Both the position numbers and the translations under genes were made by a program. A DNA stretch of 63,609 nucleotides, the filler included, from Kipferlia bialata (taxonomy: Eukaryota): assembly GCA_003568945.1 (NCBI GenBank). It is 3 parts of 3 records of this genome, joined end to end, with 100 filler letters (N's around TTAATTAATTAA, not from the genome) between each part and the next. Parts side by side here need not be neighbours in the genome. Positions count along the whole stretch, not along the records: positions 1 to 26,799 come from BDIP01000177.1; 2 more parts are not named here. One strand, given 5' to 3'. Every line of letters starts with the position of its first letter. Position 1 is the stretch's first letter. The notes beneath the pieces were generated by a model, which saw only the letters and a program-made list of their open reading frames with translations, did no database searches and was not told the DNA's origin. This document shows, piece by piece, positions 1 through 11,463 of this stretch.

Positions 1-50
<50 letters not shown>
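1..50. repeat. (AG)n microsatellite at window start
   Basis: Perfect AG dinucleotide run. Confidence 0.95.
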
Positions 51-54
<4 letters not shown>

Positions 55-381
55 AACACATACCTGGACCACTGCCCTTCTTACATATTAACGCATGTGT
101 ACTATTACAATTATTAACCCATAAATAACAAGCCAGTGACTGTGATGAAACACCAATCTATTCTTAACAACCGCTATCAAATACCCCGACCCACCGAGAG
201 AACACCGCAACAGCCTATATATACTACAGCCTATATGAGTGCCCTAGTGAGACCGAGGATAACCTAACCTAACACTTCAACTTATGGAAACAATACCCTC
301 CTTAAACTAATTCTCATTCTCCGTTACATAGACCATCCACTCACTCCTTGGCCCTTCTTGGCCCTACCCTGTCACACCCTG

Positions 382-3300
382 TCACAGCTGTGACCAGGCA
401 GTGTCCATATCATACCCAGCCTGCCCAAAACCTCCCACGGCTAGGTTCTCGGACTCTCTCTCGTGCTGCTCGGCACGGGTCTTACGCGATTGGGACAGAG
501 ATGATCGAGTAGAAGTGTCACCTCTAGAACTGTGTCTTGTGGATACGAGACCTGGGTCAGGTTAACTGAAGTATTCACAATGACTATTCAGTCCTACTCA
601 TATATATATATATATATGCATACCTCCCATTGTCCTCTGGTGCTTGCCTGTGACTACAGTCGTGGCAGATGGGTCGAGGGGAGGGGGGAACTCCCTGGGG
701 GTGGGGGACATCAATGTATATACATATAGTACTGGTATCAGATACATACATACATGCACCCACCTGAGCCTCCCCATGACGCATGCCGCCATGCTCAGCA
801 CCTTGGACACGGGTTGGTATGCCGCAACTAGGTCCACAGAGGATGACCCGGACCCAGACGGGTCACTCCTGCTTAGACCACAGTTGCTGGGGTGAGAGGG
901 GGGGAGGGAGGGAGTATCACTATAAATGATAGTCGGTGTGGGTAGTACCTGTAGGCCGAGAGGGTCTCGAAGAACAGGTCGTATGGCGTGAGCAGGGAGG
1001 TGGACACATACCACGACTCGATGGCTGACACCCCGAACCACAGCAGATACAGGATGAGGGCCTGGGCATAAGGGAGGAATCATCACAAAGAAGTGTATAT
1101 AGGTATCTAGGTACCTGTCTCTCGAGGCTCTGTGTGGACACTCCAGCCCAGACCTTGAGGAGCACAACCTAGGTGAGACGGAGGGTGCGGGGGAGAGAGA
1201 GATGGCTTACTTAGTGCACCTTCCAGCCCTTCTTACTATCGCTATCACTATCACGGTCAGCATCCCTATGCGTACCTTCCAGCCCTTCTCCTTGGCGGGC
1301 ACAGCCTCAGGGGGTGGTCCCCCATCTGCATCGGCCATGCTCTGGACTAGCTCAAGCACACCCTGGTTGTGAGACTGTATATAGACTGATATGTATATAT
1401 ATATATATATACATATATACATAAGGTGTATATAGATGCCATGCTCTGCACTAGCTCAAGCACACCCTACTGTTTAGGGTGTATATAGACAGATATGTAT
1501 ATATATATATATATATACATAAGGTGTATATAGATGCCATGCTCTGGACTAGCTCAAGCACACCCTACTGTTTAGAGGGTATATAGACTGATATGTATAT
1601 ATATATATACATAATGTGAAGATAGATACCATGCTCTGCACTAGCTCCGGCACACCCTGGTTGTGAGAGATGTCTACTATAGGGGAAGAGAATACGTATA
1701 TCAGTAATGTGCGCGTACCCTCTCGAGGTGCACCCCCCTCAGGTTGGCCGTGGACGTGCCCATCGTGGCCAGACTGCCCACATAGGACCCAGTGCCTAGG
1801 GAGGGCTGTCTAGAGTGGCCCAGGGAGACTGTGCCAGAGTGGGCAGTGGAACCAGGTATGGAGTGGCCCATAGACCCCTGCCTAGAGTGACCCAGGGACC
1901 TGGCAACGGAATAGGCAGTGCTGGGAGTGAGGTTGGGAGTGGAGAGATAGACAACCAAGCTACAAGGAACAATTACTTTTATAGATGCATATATATCATA
2001 CTAACAATACTAATACCACTTACCCCTGTGATAGAGACGACATGGACAGGCTGAGGTCTGACACTTCGCTTGACTCCTCCTCACTGCTAGACACCTCCAG
2101 TGGTAGGGGGGCGGTCTCCTCCTCTCTGAGGTCTATGTCTGTCAGGCCATCAGATGACTCCATGTCAACATCGGACACAGACAAGGGGCCATCAAAGACA
2201 AGACCCCCTTCCCCGCCATCTGGGGTGTCGCCGAAGGATGGCTCTAGAGACCCCCTGTAGTGCGGGGACGTGACCCGTGACACCGCCCTAGAGAAGGAGG
2301 GGGAGACGACGCGGCTCACTGACCGAGAGAGCTCCCTCTCTCTGTCACGGTGTTCGTTATGCTGGTGGCCTGGATGGTCTCTGAGGTAAGTGGGTTGCAG
2401 AGTGTGTGTGACAAGACTTATGTGTGACAAGGTGTGTGTGACATGTTAGGCACATACCTGTCCTCTCTCATTCTGACCCTCTCTGCCTCCATCTTTGCAG
2501 ACTCTCGCCTCAGGTGACCCAGGATGTAGGGGACAGCGAACATGACCAGGACAATGAAGACAGACACGCCGTCCTGAGGGATCAGAGAGAGAGAGAGAGA
2601 GAGAGAGTGGAGAGAGAGAGATCTAGTACGCACCGACAGCTCTCTCAGGGGCAGGCTAGAGAGACCACCCCCCAGTGATGCAGCTACCAGGGACAGGTTA
2701 CCACAGAGAGCAGACACCCAGGAGTACTTGCGGGAGTGGAGGTAGGACCAGTCGGAAGAAGAGGTCAGGATGGCCTGACAGGTGAGAACGGCACACCCAC
2801 TCATAGGAGAGAGTGAATGTGTTGAGTATACCCTACACACACATGTATGTACATTCTCTATACATATCCCACCTGCACTGTGCCCATGATACCCACGTAT
2901 GACGTCAGTGCCCAGGTACCCTTGGAGCCAAAGACCATCAATGACAGGGCTCTGGGGTGCCTAAGAAGGGAGGAGTAGGCAGGCTTCAGCGTGATGCTCG
3001 ACTTGTGCCTTGACCTGGGGGTCAATAGGGGGGTTAGAGAGAGAGAGTGGGGCAGATATAGTGTTGCAGAAGCAATGGGAGGAGACACCGTCTATATATA
3101 CCTGAAGATAGCCCTCATAGGAGGTATATATGTGTATGCATGTACATACACATATGTATCTATACCTGAGTATGGCTCTCATGATGGTTGGGAACAGGGT
3201 GTGCCCTGCCATGGATAGGACAGTGACTGGTATGACAACACCAGGGTGCCCTGATACATCCTCTATGCCACCCCGGGGGGTCAGGGAGAGACCTAGTGTC

Positions 3301-4867
3301 AGAGAGAGGGACACGTAGAGAGTGAGTGTCAAGGGATAAGATAGTTATTGGGTTTAGGGATAGAGAGAGACACAACTGATACCTGAGTTTGTGAATGCGG
3401 CAGTGGCTGTGAACAGGGAATAGAGGCCAAGGTTCTGGATCCCACAGAGAGTGAGGACCTTGGACAGGTTGGTGCTATATCTCGCGGATAGGTAGATACA
3501 CATGGCACCTGAAGGTGAGTGAGCTATATATATATATATATATTGATGTATATATATATAGAGAGAGAGAGAGTCATTGATGAAGGTGCATGGTATTGCC
3601 AAATGGTTACCCACCTCCCCCTATACACAGTCCGGCATACAGCTGTGTCCACTTGAGTAACTTGGAACAGGCCTAGGGGTGAGTGGTGGGGAGGGCTGTC
3701 AATACGAGCGGAACAGTAAATCATCGTCATTGATCTCACATCTAAATACACTTTTACTATTTTGGTATGAATGAATGTATAATACAATACATACCTGGTG
3801 CGTGACTGTGACAGCCCTTGCCACACTGTGCGGCAGCAGGGCCTCACTGACACTGGCAAGGGACACGGAGAGAGACCTGGGGGTGGCAGTGGAAGAGAGA
3901 GGTAAGGATAGGGATACACGCACCTTGGGAGTCCCCCCCCCCCCACCCATAGGTAGTAGTGGAAGGGAGAGATATATAGAGAAATGAGGGCATACATACC
4001 TTGGGAGTGCCCCCCCCATGATGCTCTCTGGCGACATGGCCCCAGTCCTCTGGCTCCTGCCTCTCTCCCTGTCTCTCTCCCTCTCCCTCTCTCTCTTCTG
4101 CCTCGCCCTCTCCACATCCACGGCATGGGCCATCGCACGCGTCCTGGGGTGAGAGATGGGATCAACCTCGTCGAAGACCGAGAGAGAGAGATACAGTCCA
4201 GCAGGACACACAGGTGAAGAGTTAATCAGAAGAGAGAGAGTGTGTGGTCACCTGAGGTACAGCGGCACAGTGAACACAAAGGTCCGAGACCCGAGCACTG
4301 CCAGCAACAGGCACAGTGCCTTGGAGAGGTGGTGGAGGGTAGGGAAGGAGAAGGGCATCAGGCATGGGGTGAGAGGGAGGGAGAGAGAGAGAGAAAGAGA
4401 GCATACAAGGTAGAGAAGACACACAACAGAGATGGGTTGGAGAAGACAAGGGAGGGCGAGAGTAGTGACAAGTGGATATAGAGGCCAAAGTAAGTAGCAA
4501 TAGGACTGAACATAATATGAGAAGAGAGAGAGAGAGGGGGATGGGGTACCTGTACAGGTTGCTGCAGAGTATCCCGCATACAGAGCATCCAGGATGGTCA
4601 GGTGTGTCTTGCGCTCTATAATCTAGGTGTGAGTCCTGAATGACAAGAGTACATGCACTGCTTGGATGTCTGAAGATAGGGATCCCCCTACCTTGATGCA
4701 TATACCACCCACGATGGCTAGGACATTCACATAGCACACGTACACAAGGGTGGCCCTGGGGTGGGTATGAACGAATATATGGGAGAGAGAGGGACAAACT
4801 AGGATAGAGTACAATGCACGTACGATACGACCCCATTTCCGGCTGGCTTCTCTCCATAGGCATGCAT
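382..4867 (-). CDS. Trk/HKT-family K+ transporter (fungal Trk-like), multi-exon
   Basis: Spliced exons give four pore motifs: DALYAGYSAATCTG-LMPF, LFTATAAFTNSG, VAASLGGGLS and LFFETLSAYSNCGLS. Also AGHTLFPTIMR, LLRHPRALSLMVFGSKGTW and SKVLSMAACVMGRLR-EFPPPLD, recognisable from Trk1/Trk2. ATG 4867 has an in-frame stop upstream; TGA at 384-382. Confidence 0.85.
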
Positions 4868-5234
4868 CCCTCCTCCCCTACTCTCTCTCTCCCCTAAGCC
4901 CCCCTTTGGCTACTGGTGGCCAAGACTCCAAGGGACTGGGAAGACAGACGAGGAGAGAGGGGAAGTGGAACAGACACACTGGCAACTACTGTCTCTGCCG
5001 CAGACACTCTCTTTCTCTCTCTTGACAGTTGTGCTTTGAAGCAGACAGACGGGGTTAGAGGCAACTATGGATAGGCGACACCTAGAGACGTTATGCTTCG
5101 GTGGGGATGTGATTGAGAGACGATTGATGTGTCAACAAGACGAAAATGCGGCCGGTTAGGGGTCGGTGTGAGGAAAAACATTGACAGCCCAACAGTCTCT
5201 GCCTCTTTACCTATTGAGCTTAACCATACTTACC

Positions 5235-6413
5235 ATGACTGCTGAGCTGGAGAATGAGGCCAGGGAGTGGATCCAGGCTGTGCTGGGGGTGACCCTGGGG
5301 GATGACCTGAGGTGGGGTGATGTGTATAGTGTATATATATATGTAGTGTATATATTGAACATAGTCATGCCTGCCTAATGTACTCATACACATCTGGGAT
5401 GCATAGACTGTGTTTGTAGTCAATGGAGTTGTTGCTAAGATCCTTCTTGGAGTGGTTAGATCCTGATGATGAGTACTTGTTAACAGTGTTGTCACTCCGA
5501 TTAATCATTGACGTCCCACCCCAACCCACCCCACCACCCCACCATCTCTCTCTCTAACCTCCAGGGAGGAGCTCAAGACCGGAGACATTCTCTGCCAGGT
5601 GGTCAACAAGATCAAGGTGTGTGGGCCTCTCTCTCTACTATATACTGTCATCAGCAGCTCTTGTGACATATTGTTCTCTCTTCTCTCCCTACCACTCACC
5701 CCTCCAGCCCAACACCATTGCCTCCTGGCCCAAGTCCAAGTTCAAGTTTGTATGCCTCGAGTGTGTGGGCATGTACATCGATGGGTGCAGGTCGGTCCAT
5801 TTAGTATAGAAGTGTATATTAGTACTCACTACACATTGTATTGTGATGAATGAGTATGATACTGACACCGTTTAAGGAGGCTCTAATCCCAGAAAGATTG
5901 GTCTGCCCGAGCACGAGCTCTTCTCCCCGGATGACATCTGGAGTGACAACGCCCTGTACTGGAAGGTGTGAGTGTATACTTATGAAGTATTGACCCCGGC
6001 ACTCTGTCTCTCTATCTCACACCCTAGGCTGTCCTCATCAACATCCATGCCCTGGGCAGGGCAGCCCAGAAGGTACCCGGCTTTGAGGGTCCACACCTGG
6101 GGGCCAAGCTGGCCACGTCCAACGCAAGGTGGGTAGTAAGTACATATATAGCAGTGTGTCACTCACCTTGTACTACTGTCTCTGGTGCTCACCCCAGGAC
6201 CTTCACCCCCGAGGTGCTCAGGGGAGGGGCTGTTGATGCAGTGTCCACAGAGGCCAAGAGGGCGGGGTACAGGTGGGGAATGCAAGTATATACACTATAG
6301 TTATGCTTCGTCATGCTGTACCCATAGAATGAAGTATGCACTCAGGTATCTCCTCTCACCCCAGCATGTCCCCCCAGAAGAGTGTCAAGTACCAGATCAA
6401 CAAGAACACATAG
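5235..6413 (+). CDS. Calponin-homology (transgelin/myophilin-like) actin-binding protein, 7 exons
   Basis: MTAELENEAREWIQAVLG...EELKTGDILCQVVNKIKPNTI...IGLPEHELFSPDDIW...VLINIHALGRAAQ...GPHLGAKLATSN; all GT-AG junctions in phase; TAG 6411-6413. Confidence 0.9.
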
Positions 6414-6598
6414 AGGGAGTATGGCAATAAGGGGTGTGGGTTCCCAAACCGACTGTACAATAGAGTTTTGAACTTCGGTTGTCCGTCTTTTTGAATCAGA
6501 GATAAGGGTGTAGTGTAAAGAAATCAATTTCTCTGTGCTTTTGGAGCCACTGAGAGTTGCCCGTCTCTTCACCACCCCTGTTGAAACCAAATTCTAAA

Positions 6599-7017
6599 AT
6601 GGGTGAGTGGTGCATATATGACTTGATACTGTCTCATAACATCTATTCCTTAGGCCGGGTGTATTATCAATTACGTGAGCTTGAGTGTATTGGGTCTAGT
6701 ACATATGATTTGTATCTGACCTCAGCTTGAGCCTCCTGTTACTCGCCGTTCATTGCAATGATCGTCCTGCTGATCGTAAAGATCCTCGAGAAGGTATACA
6801 CATTTTATAAGCAGAGTTTGATTGTCATATGTAAATCTATGCCTGCACACTATCTCACCCACAGCTTGGTCTTATCGAGAAGCCCGCCGACCCTGCCGCC
6901 CCCCAGGCCCCTGCCCCCAAGGCTGTGGCCCCCAAGGCTACTGTGTCTAAGGCCCCTGCCCCTAAGGCCTCTGTCACCCAGACAGCAGCCAAGGCAGACA
7001 AGCCCAAGGCTGAGTAG
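6599..7017 (+). CDS. Small (74 aa) membrane protein with in-frame TGA in a U-x-x-C motif; candidate selenoprotein
   Basis: Exons 6599-6602, 6726-6793 and 6865-7017 give MA(TGA)ASCYSPFIAMIVLLIVKILEKLGLIEKPADPAAPQAPAPKAVAPKATVSKAPAPKASVTQTAAKADKPKAE*. Canonical GTGAGT...CTGACCTCAG and GTATAC...CTCACCCACAG introns. Confidence 0.7.
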
Positions 7018-7040
7018 ACCCTCTATGCATATGAACCCCC

Positions 7041-7102
7041 CCGTGTGGCACTGACCGGCATTGTCAAGCATGTATAGTGCCCCAATGCCGCGAGCCACTT
7101 GG
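7041..7102 (+). promoter_or_regulatory. SECIS-like hairpin (type II) in 3'UTR
   Basis: GTGG(7045-48)/CCAC(7095-98) helix I; core TGAC(7052-55)/CGAG(7091-94) with tandem G.A; perfect helix II CGGCATTG(7056-63)/CAATGCCG(7083-90); unpaired AA 7066-67; apical mini-stem GCAT/GTGC. Confidence 0.65.
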
Positions 7103-7282
7103 TAGAGAGATGTATATCTGTCAAATAGATCCCATGAATTCACTATATGGATAGTGTTGCCTCAGAGCCATCATAACCAAGGATAATCAGTCTCGATTCT
7201 TCCTCTCTTAACGGAATTTATACACAAAACACATGGCAACACATGAACCGGTAGCTAAGAATGAGGGGACCTATTCTGTCAC

Positions 7283-8710
7283 TCAGTCCTTGCGGTCCTT
7301 CTTGTCCTCTCTCCTAACCTCTCTCTTGTCTCTGGAGTCTCTCTCTCTCCGGGAGTCTCTGTCCCTATCCCTCCTGTCTCTCTCATCGCGCCTCTCCCTG
7401 TCATCACGTCTGTAGTCCCTATCATCGCGCCTGTAGTCCCTACCCCTGCGGTAGTCTCTGTCTCTGTCTCTGCGGTAGTGGTCCCTCCTGTCTCTCTCGT
7501 ATGCCTCTCTCTCCACCTCTCTCATGTGTCTGTCCCTCACCACGGCACCCCTGCCCCTCACTGTCCTGCCCCTGCCTCTGGGCTTGGCCTCCTCTCTCTC
7601 TCTCTCCCTCTTGGCCTCGGGCTCCTTCTTCACCTCTCCCTCTCCCTCTCCCTCTCCCTTCTCCTTGGCTTCGGCCCTCTCCTTCTCTCTCCTCTCCTCT
7701 CTCTCCTTCTCCTTCCTCGCCCGCCTCTCTCTCTCCCTCTCCTCCCTCTCCTTGTACCTGTTCACCATGGGACGACTGGCCTTGGAGGCATGTTGGGAGG
7801 TGATGGTCTGGGGGTGAGACAGAGGGGGGGGGGGGTACACTCACATGTATGTATATACACACTTCTGTACTACACATACCTGCACCAGATCGTCATACTC
7901 TGTCTGGAGCTCCTTCCTCACACCGGCAAAGGTCTGGGGGTGAGGGGATGTAAATATAGTCACTGCGGCGTATACACATACACATATACACATACACTCA
8001 CCCTAGTGACAGCTGCTATCTCGTCCATCTCCACCATCCTCTGCTGTCTGTCTGTGGTGTCTGTCACAGCTATGTGGGTGGGGGGGACAGCCTGCTCCTG
8101 CTCATCGGCTGACCTCTTCACCTGCCTCTCCCCCTCGGGCTCTCCCTTAGCCTCTGCCTCCTCTGCCTCCTTGGCGGCCTTGGCCTCCTCCTATATATAA
8201 GTGATATCCATACAGCATACACCTATATATACACACATATATATATGCCTCCTCCTATAGGTGAGTGAGCGATACACCATACACACGCACACACATATAT
8301 TCACATATACTCTATATACAAATACTCCTTGGCGGCCTTGGCCTCCTCCTATATATAAGTGATACATACGCTATATGAATATTGGAATCCTCCAATATAT
8401 GAGTGGTACATACACTATACTGAATATCCGTACATATAGTGCATCACACACACATACCTGCATCCTGCGCCTCTCCTGCCTGGACATGACCACCCCACAG
8501 TCAGAGATGGTGAGGGGGACTGGGTGTAAGAAGCAGTAGTAGAGAGACACTATGGAGTAATGGGGAGAGTGGTACAGATAATCAAGATATGAGAAATATG
8601 GAAGAATGCTACAGTACCTACGGGCTTGTCCCTCTCCCCAGTGGGTGTCTTCTCGATCTTCCTGACAATGTTCATGCCACCAGCCACCCTCCCAAACACA
8701 CAGTGCTTGC
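7283..8710 (-). CDS. 3' part of a cyclophilin with RD/RE-rich C-terminal tail (splicing-associated type); 5' part missing
   Basis: GKHCVFGRVAGGMNIVRKIEKTPTGERDKPVVPLTISDCG is the C-terminal end of a cyclophilin domain, followed by charged exons and an RDRDYRR-rich last exon ending at 7283. Confidence 0.85.
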
Positions 8711-8955
8711 CTACAGTCAGTATATGAGAGGGAGCAAGGTGAGAGGTGCGTCACAGTGCAACCAGTCAGGATACTGGGGTATATATATGGGGGGGGGGGG
8801 GGGGGGGCTTTCCCTCCCCGCGGGGGGGGGGGGGGGAGGGGGGGATGGGGGGGGGGGGGGGGGTAGAAGATCGCGGGAAACGATAGAGTAGGTGCAATGT
8901 TATCATGTGAACTGTACATTCACGACACACCACAAATGGGTACTTGATGTCTCAC

Positions 8956-9656
8956 CTGTAGGCCCTCACGCTCTCCTGGTCTGCGTCCATGTCTATAGAC
9001 ACATTCACAGCCACATAGGCCAGAGGTCCATAGCGGTCCTGGAGTCAGAGAGAGTGGAATATTCCCGGTGTCTCGTGAGTAATTCCATCAAAGGTAAAGA
9101 GAGTGGAAAGCCTACACAAACAAATAGCAGAAGATAGACACTGGGAGCAACAGCAATCAAATGCGATATAGACAGTAATTGCTACCTTTTGTCACTGGAA
9201 ACACAAATAAACAGATATACATCATATACAAAAGAACTATGTATGAACTACAGTGACCCTACCTCGAGGAAGCTGTGGATCTTCGAGTCCTGGGGCAGAG
9301 ACCGGTCTGCAGTGCTGTACCAGCCAACCATGAGGGTCTTAGCGTGGATCTTGCGGTGCATGTCGGCCATGGTGTCACTGTACAGAGAGTCGAAGAACCA
9401 CACGTTAGCATCAGACTGGTTCTCATCGAATGGCACGGCGAAGCAGTCATTCACAATGATGGAGTCGCCCCGGCGCTCTCCCAGCAGCATTCCCACCACT
9501 CTCTTGTGCTTGGCCCCCCTGGCCTGTCTGTCATAGTGGTCAGCCACCTGGAGTCAGAGCAGTATATATATGGGGGAAACAGCAATATGAGTACGACACC
9601 TGCAACAGCACAGTCGGCCGCACTGTCACGTGTACATCAGCACCCACAGCACTCAT
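8956..9656 (-). CDS. RPN8: 26S proteasome lid subunit Rpn8/PSMD7, N-terminal MPN domain only (3 exons)
   Basis: MSAVGADVHVTVRPTVLLQ|VADHYDR...KRVVGMLLGE...NDCFAVPFDENQSDANVWFFD...VGWYST...SKIHSFLE|DRYGPLAYVAVNV...VRAY; exons 9656-9600, 9547-9263, 9038-8956. Confidence 0.85.
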
Positions 9657-9837
9657 TGACTACTACTTCGGGAATGGGTGTGTGCTGTCCGATTCTCAGC
9701 CCAACTGAGAGACTGTAGAGAGTGTCTGGGCCGACTCACTCATTGAAATGTGAGACAAAAACACCAAAAGGGTCTAGGGTAGATCTCTACTGACTGTCAC
9801 TATCAAGACCACTCTATTTTGATCAGTACCAATACCA

Positions 9838-10560
9838 ATGTCAGACACCCCTGGGAGTGATGTGAGTGATCCCAAGCCTCGGATGACGCTTGATGTAGTG
9901 ACACGTGTACCAGATCAGGCTGTGACAATTCTGTCTCAGAACTTTGATGATGAAGGTGTATCTCTCTAGGTTTAGATATATCTCTATAAGTGTTGCATTT
10001 GAAGCTCTCTCACACTAGAGTCCTCTGACTGGGACCCGCCTGCCATGTCTACGACAGCCCCCAAGCCCCCCAACCCGGCCTCTCTCCCCCAGTCCAAGCT
10101 GGTGCTCAACCTCATCAGCCCGGGGCAGGACACCGCAGCGGAGTCCATCAAGTCCAAGTCCACCGCGGATGTCTGTGTCGGCACCGTGTTTACGCAGAGA
10201 CTGCCTGGCACAGCCCCTGGTCAGGTGTGCAGCGTGGTGCTGGCAGGCGAGGGGGCCGAGCACGTGGGTGTAGGCACTGTGGTTGGGGTGAGACCCCAGG
10301 GGTCAGGGGAGTATGTACTTGGGACTGTATGTGATGTATTTGGGCCCCTACTACGGCCTTACTATGTGGTGCAGTGGGGTGGCCCAGGGGAGGAGAGTGT
10401 GCCTCCATCTAGTGGTGGTGGAGAGACTGGTGAGGCAGGGTCAAGTGTCTCATGTGATGTTCAGGAGGGTGATACAGTGTGGATTAGGGAGGGTTATTCC
10501 CTGGCCCCCCTGCAGAGTGCAGAGCCCAAGGAAGAGGAAGAGGAGGAGGAGGTGGTGTGA
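9838..10560 (+). CDS. Gar1/Naf1-domain H/ACA RNP protein (Naf1-like, no GAR repeats)
   Basis: VLGTVCDVFGPLLRPYYVVQW motif; exons 9838-9955 and 10019-10560; acidic tail. Confidence 0.7.
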
Positions 10561-10917
10561 ATCATACAATGATTGCCTACTTTCTCTAGTCTCTTGGACT
10601 ATTGTTTCCTGACTTAGAGACTTGAGTGGCTCAACCCTTGATTACGTGTCAGATACGTCACAGGCTCCCCCATGCTCTGTGACTGAGGGAATCAGAGTGG
10701 GGTATAGCGAGCTAGTTTGTAGAGACCAATGTGTAGCTTGTGTGTACATATTCCTCTACAGGACTCTGCAACGATAGGTCATTCAAAGGTGTTTAGAATG
10801 GTGTAGCTCAAAAATAGAGTTTTACACTTTCGGTGAACCGCTGTGTGTTGACCTCTCTATCCACTCCGATAGTAAGAACATCGTCTTCCCTCGCAGCTTG
10901 TCTGGCTTGTGATACCA

Positions 10918-11339
10918 ATGGACAGTTTCTACGGGGGCGGCCTCCTGTTTAAGGGTGCCCCTATAACACTTGGGTTGAGCATAGCCACCCTCGCCCTCTC
11001 GGTGTTCCCAGGGGTGTTCAGGTATATATTATACTATCACATGGCACGCTGTGTCTGGGGTTCATGCCATTTACATACTATAACTAGAGCTGCCTCCCAC
11101 CCAGGTGTGTGTCCCTCCTCATGTTCCTCCCAGACAGTATGGCATCTCAGCCCTGGAGGTGGGCCACGGCCCCGTTCGTGTCACCGCACCCGGCCACTCT
11201 GGTATGGGCAGATACTAGTGGCCACACTGTTCCTGTGCCACACTCATGTTTCTCTCTCTCTGTCCCCCTCCCCACCCTAGCTTCTGATTGGTGTTCTCTG
11301 GCTCAGAGGGGCAGCCCTGGAGAGGCTCTGTGGTAGCAG
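10918..11339 (+). CDS. 5' part of UBAC2/Dsc2-like rhomboid pseudoprotease
   Basis: MDSFYGGGLLFKGAPITLGLSIAT...QPWRWATAPFV...LLIGVLWLRGAALERLCGSR contains the APVT-, WR- and ER..GS-type motifs. The gene is interrupted at poly-C 11423-11468. Confidence 0.6.
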
Positions 11340-11421
11340 GTATCGTGTCCCCCACCATAATGACACATTCATTACAATCATTACAACTGCCATCACCCAC
11401 CCAGAAGTGCCTTGTATATAT

Positions 11422-11463
<42 letters not shown>

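Noticed and set aside
7478..8200. 240-aa plus-strand ORF and similar SL/YI-rich ORFs in the track
   Set aside because: Antisense or intronic read-through of microsatellite-rich sequence; the true exons lie in other frames or on the other strand.
7283..9656. Novel MPN-cyclophilin fusion protein
   Set aside because: Exon phases are incompatible, both proteins are incomplete, and the junction is a homopolymer.
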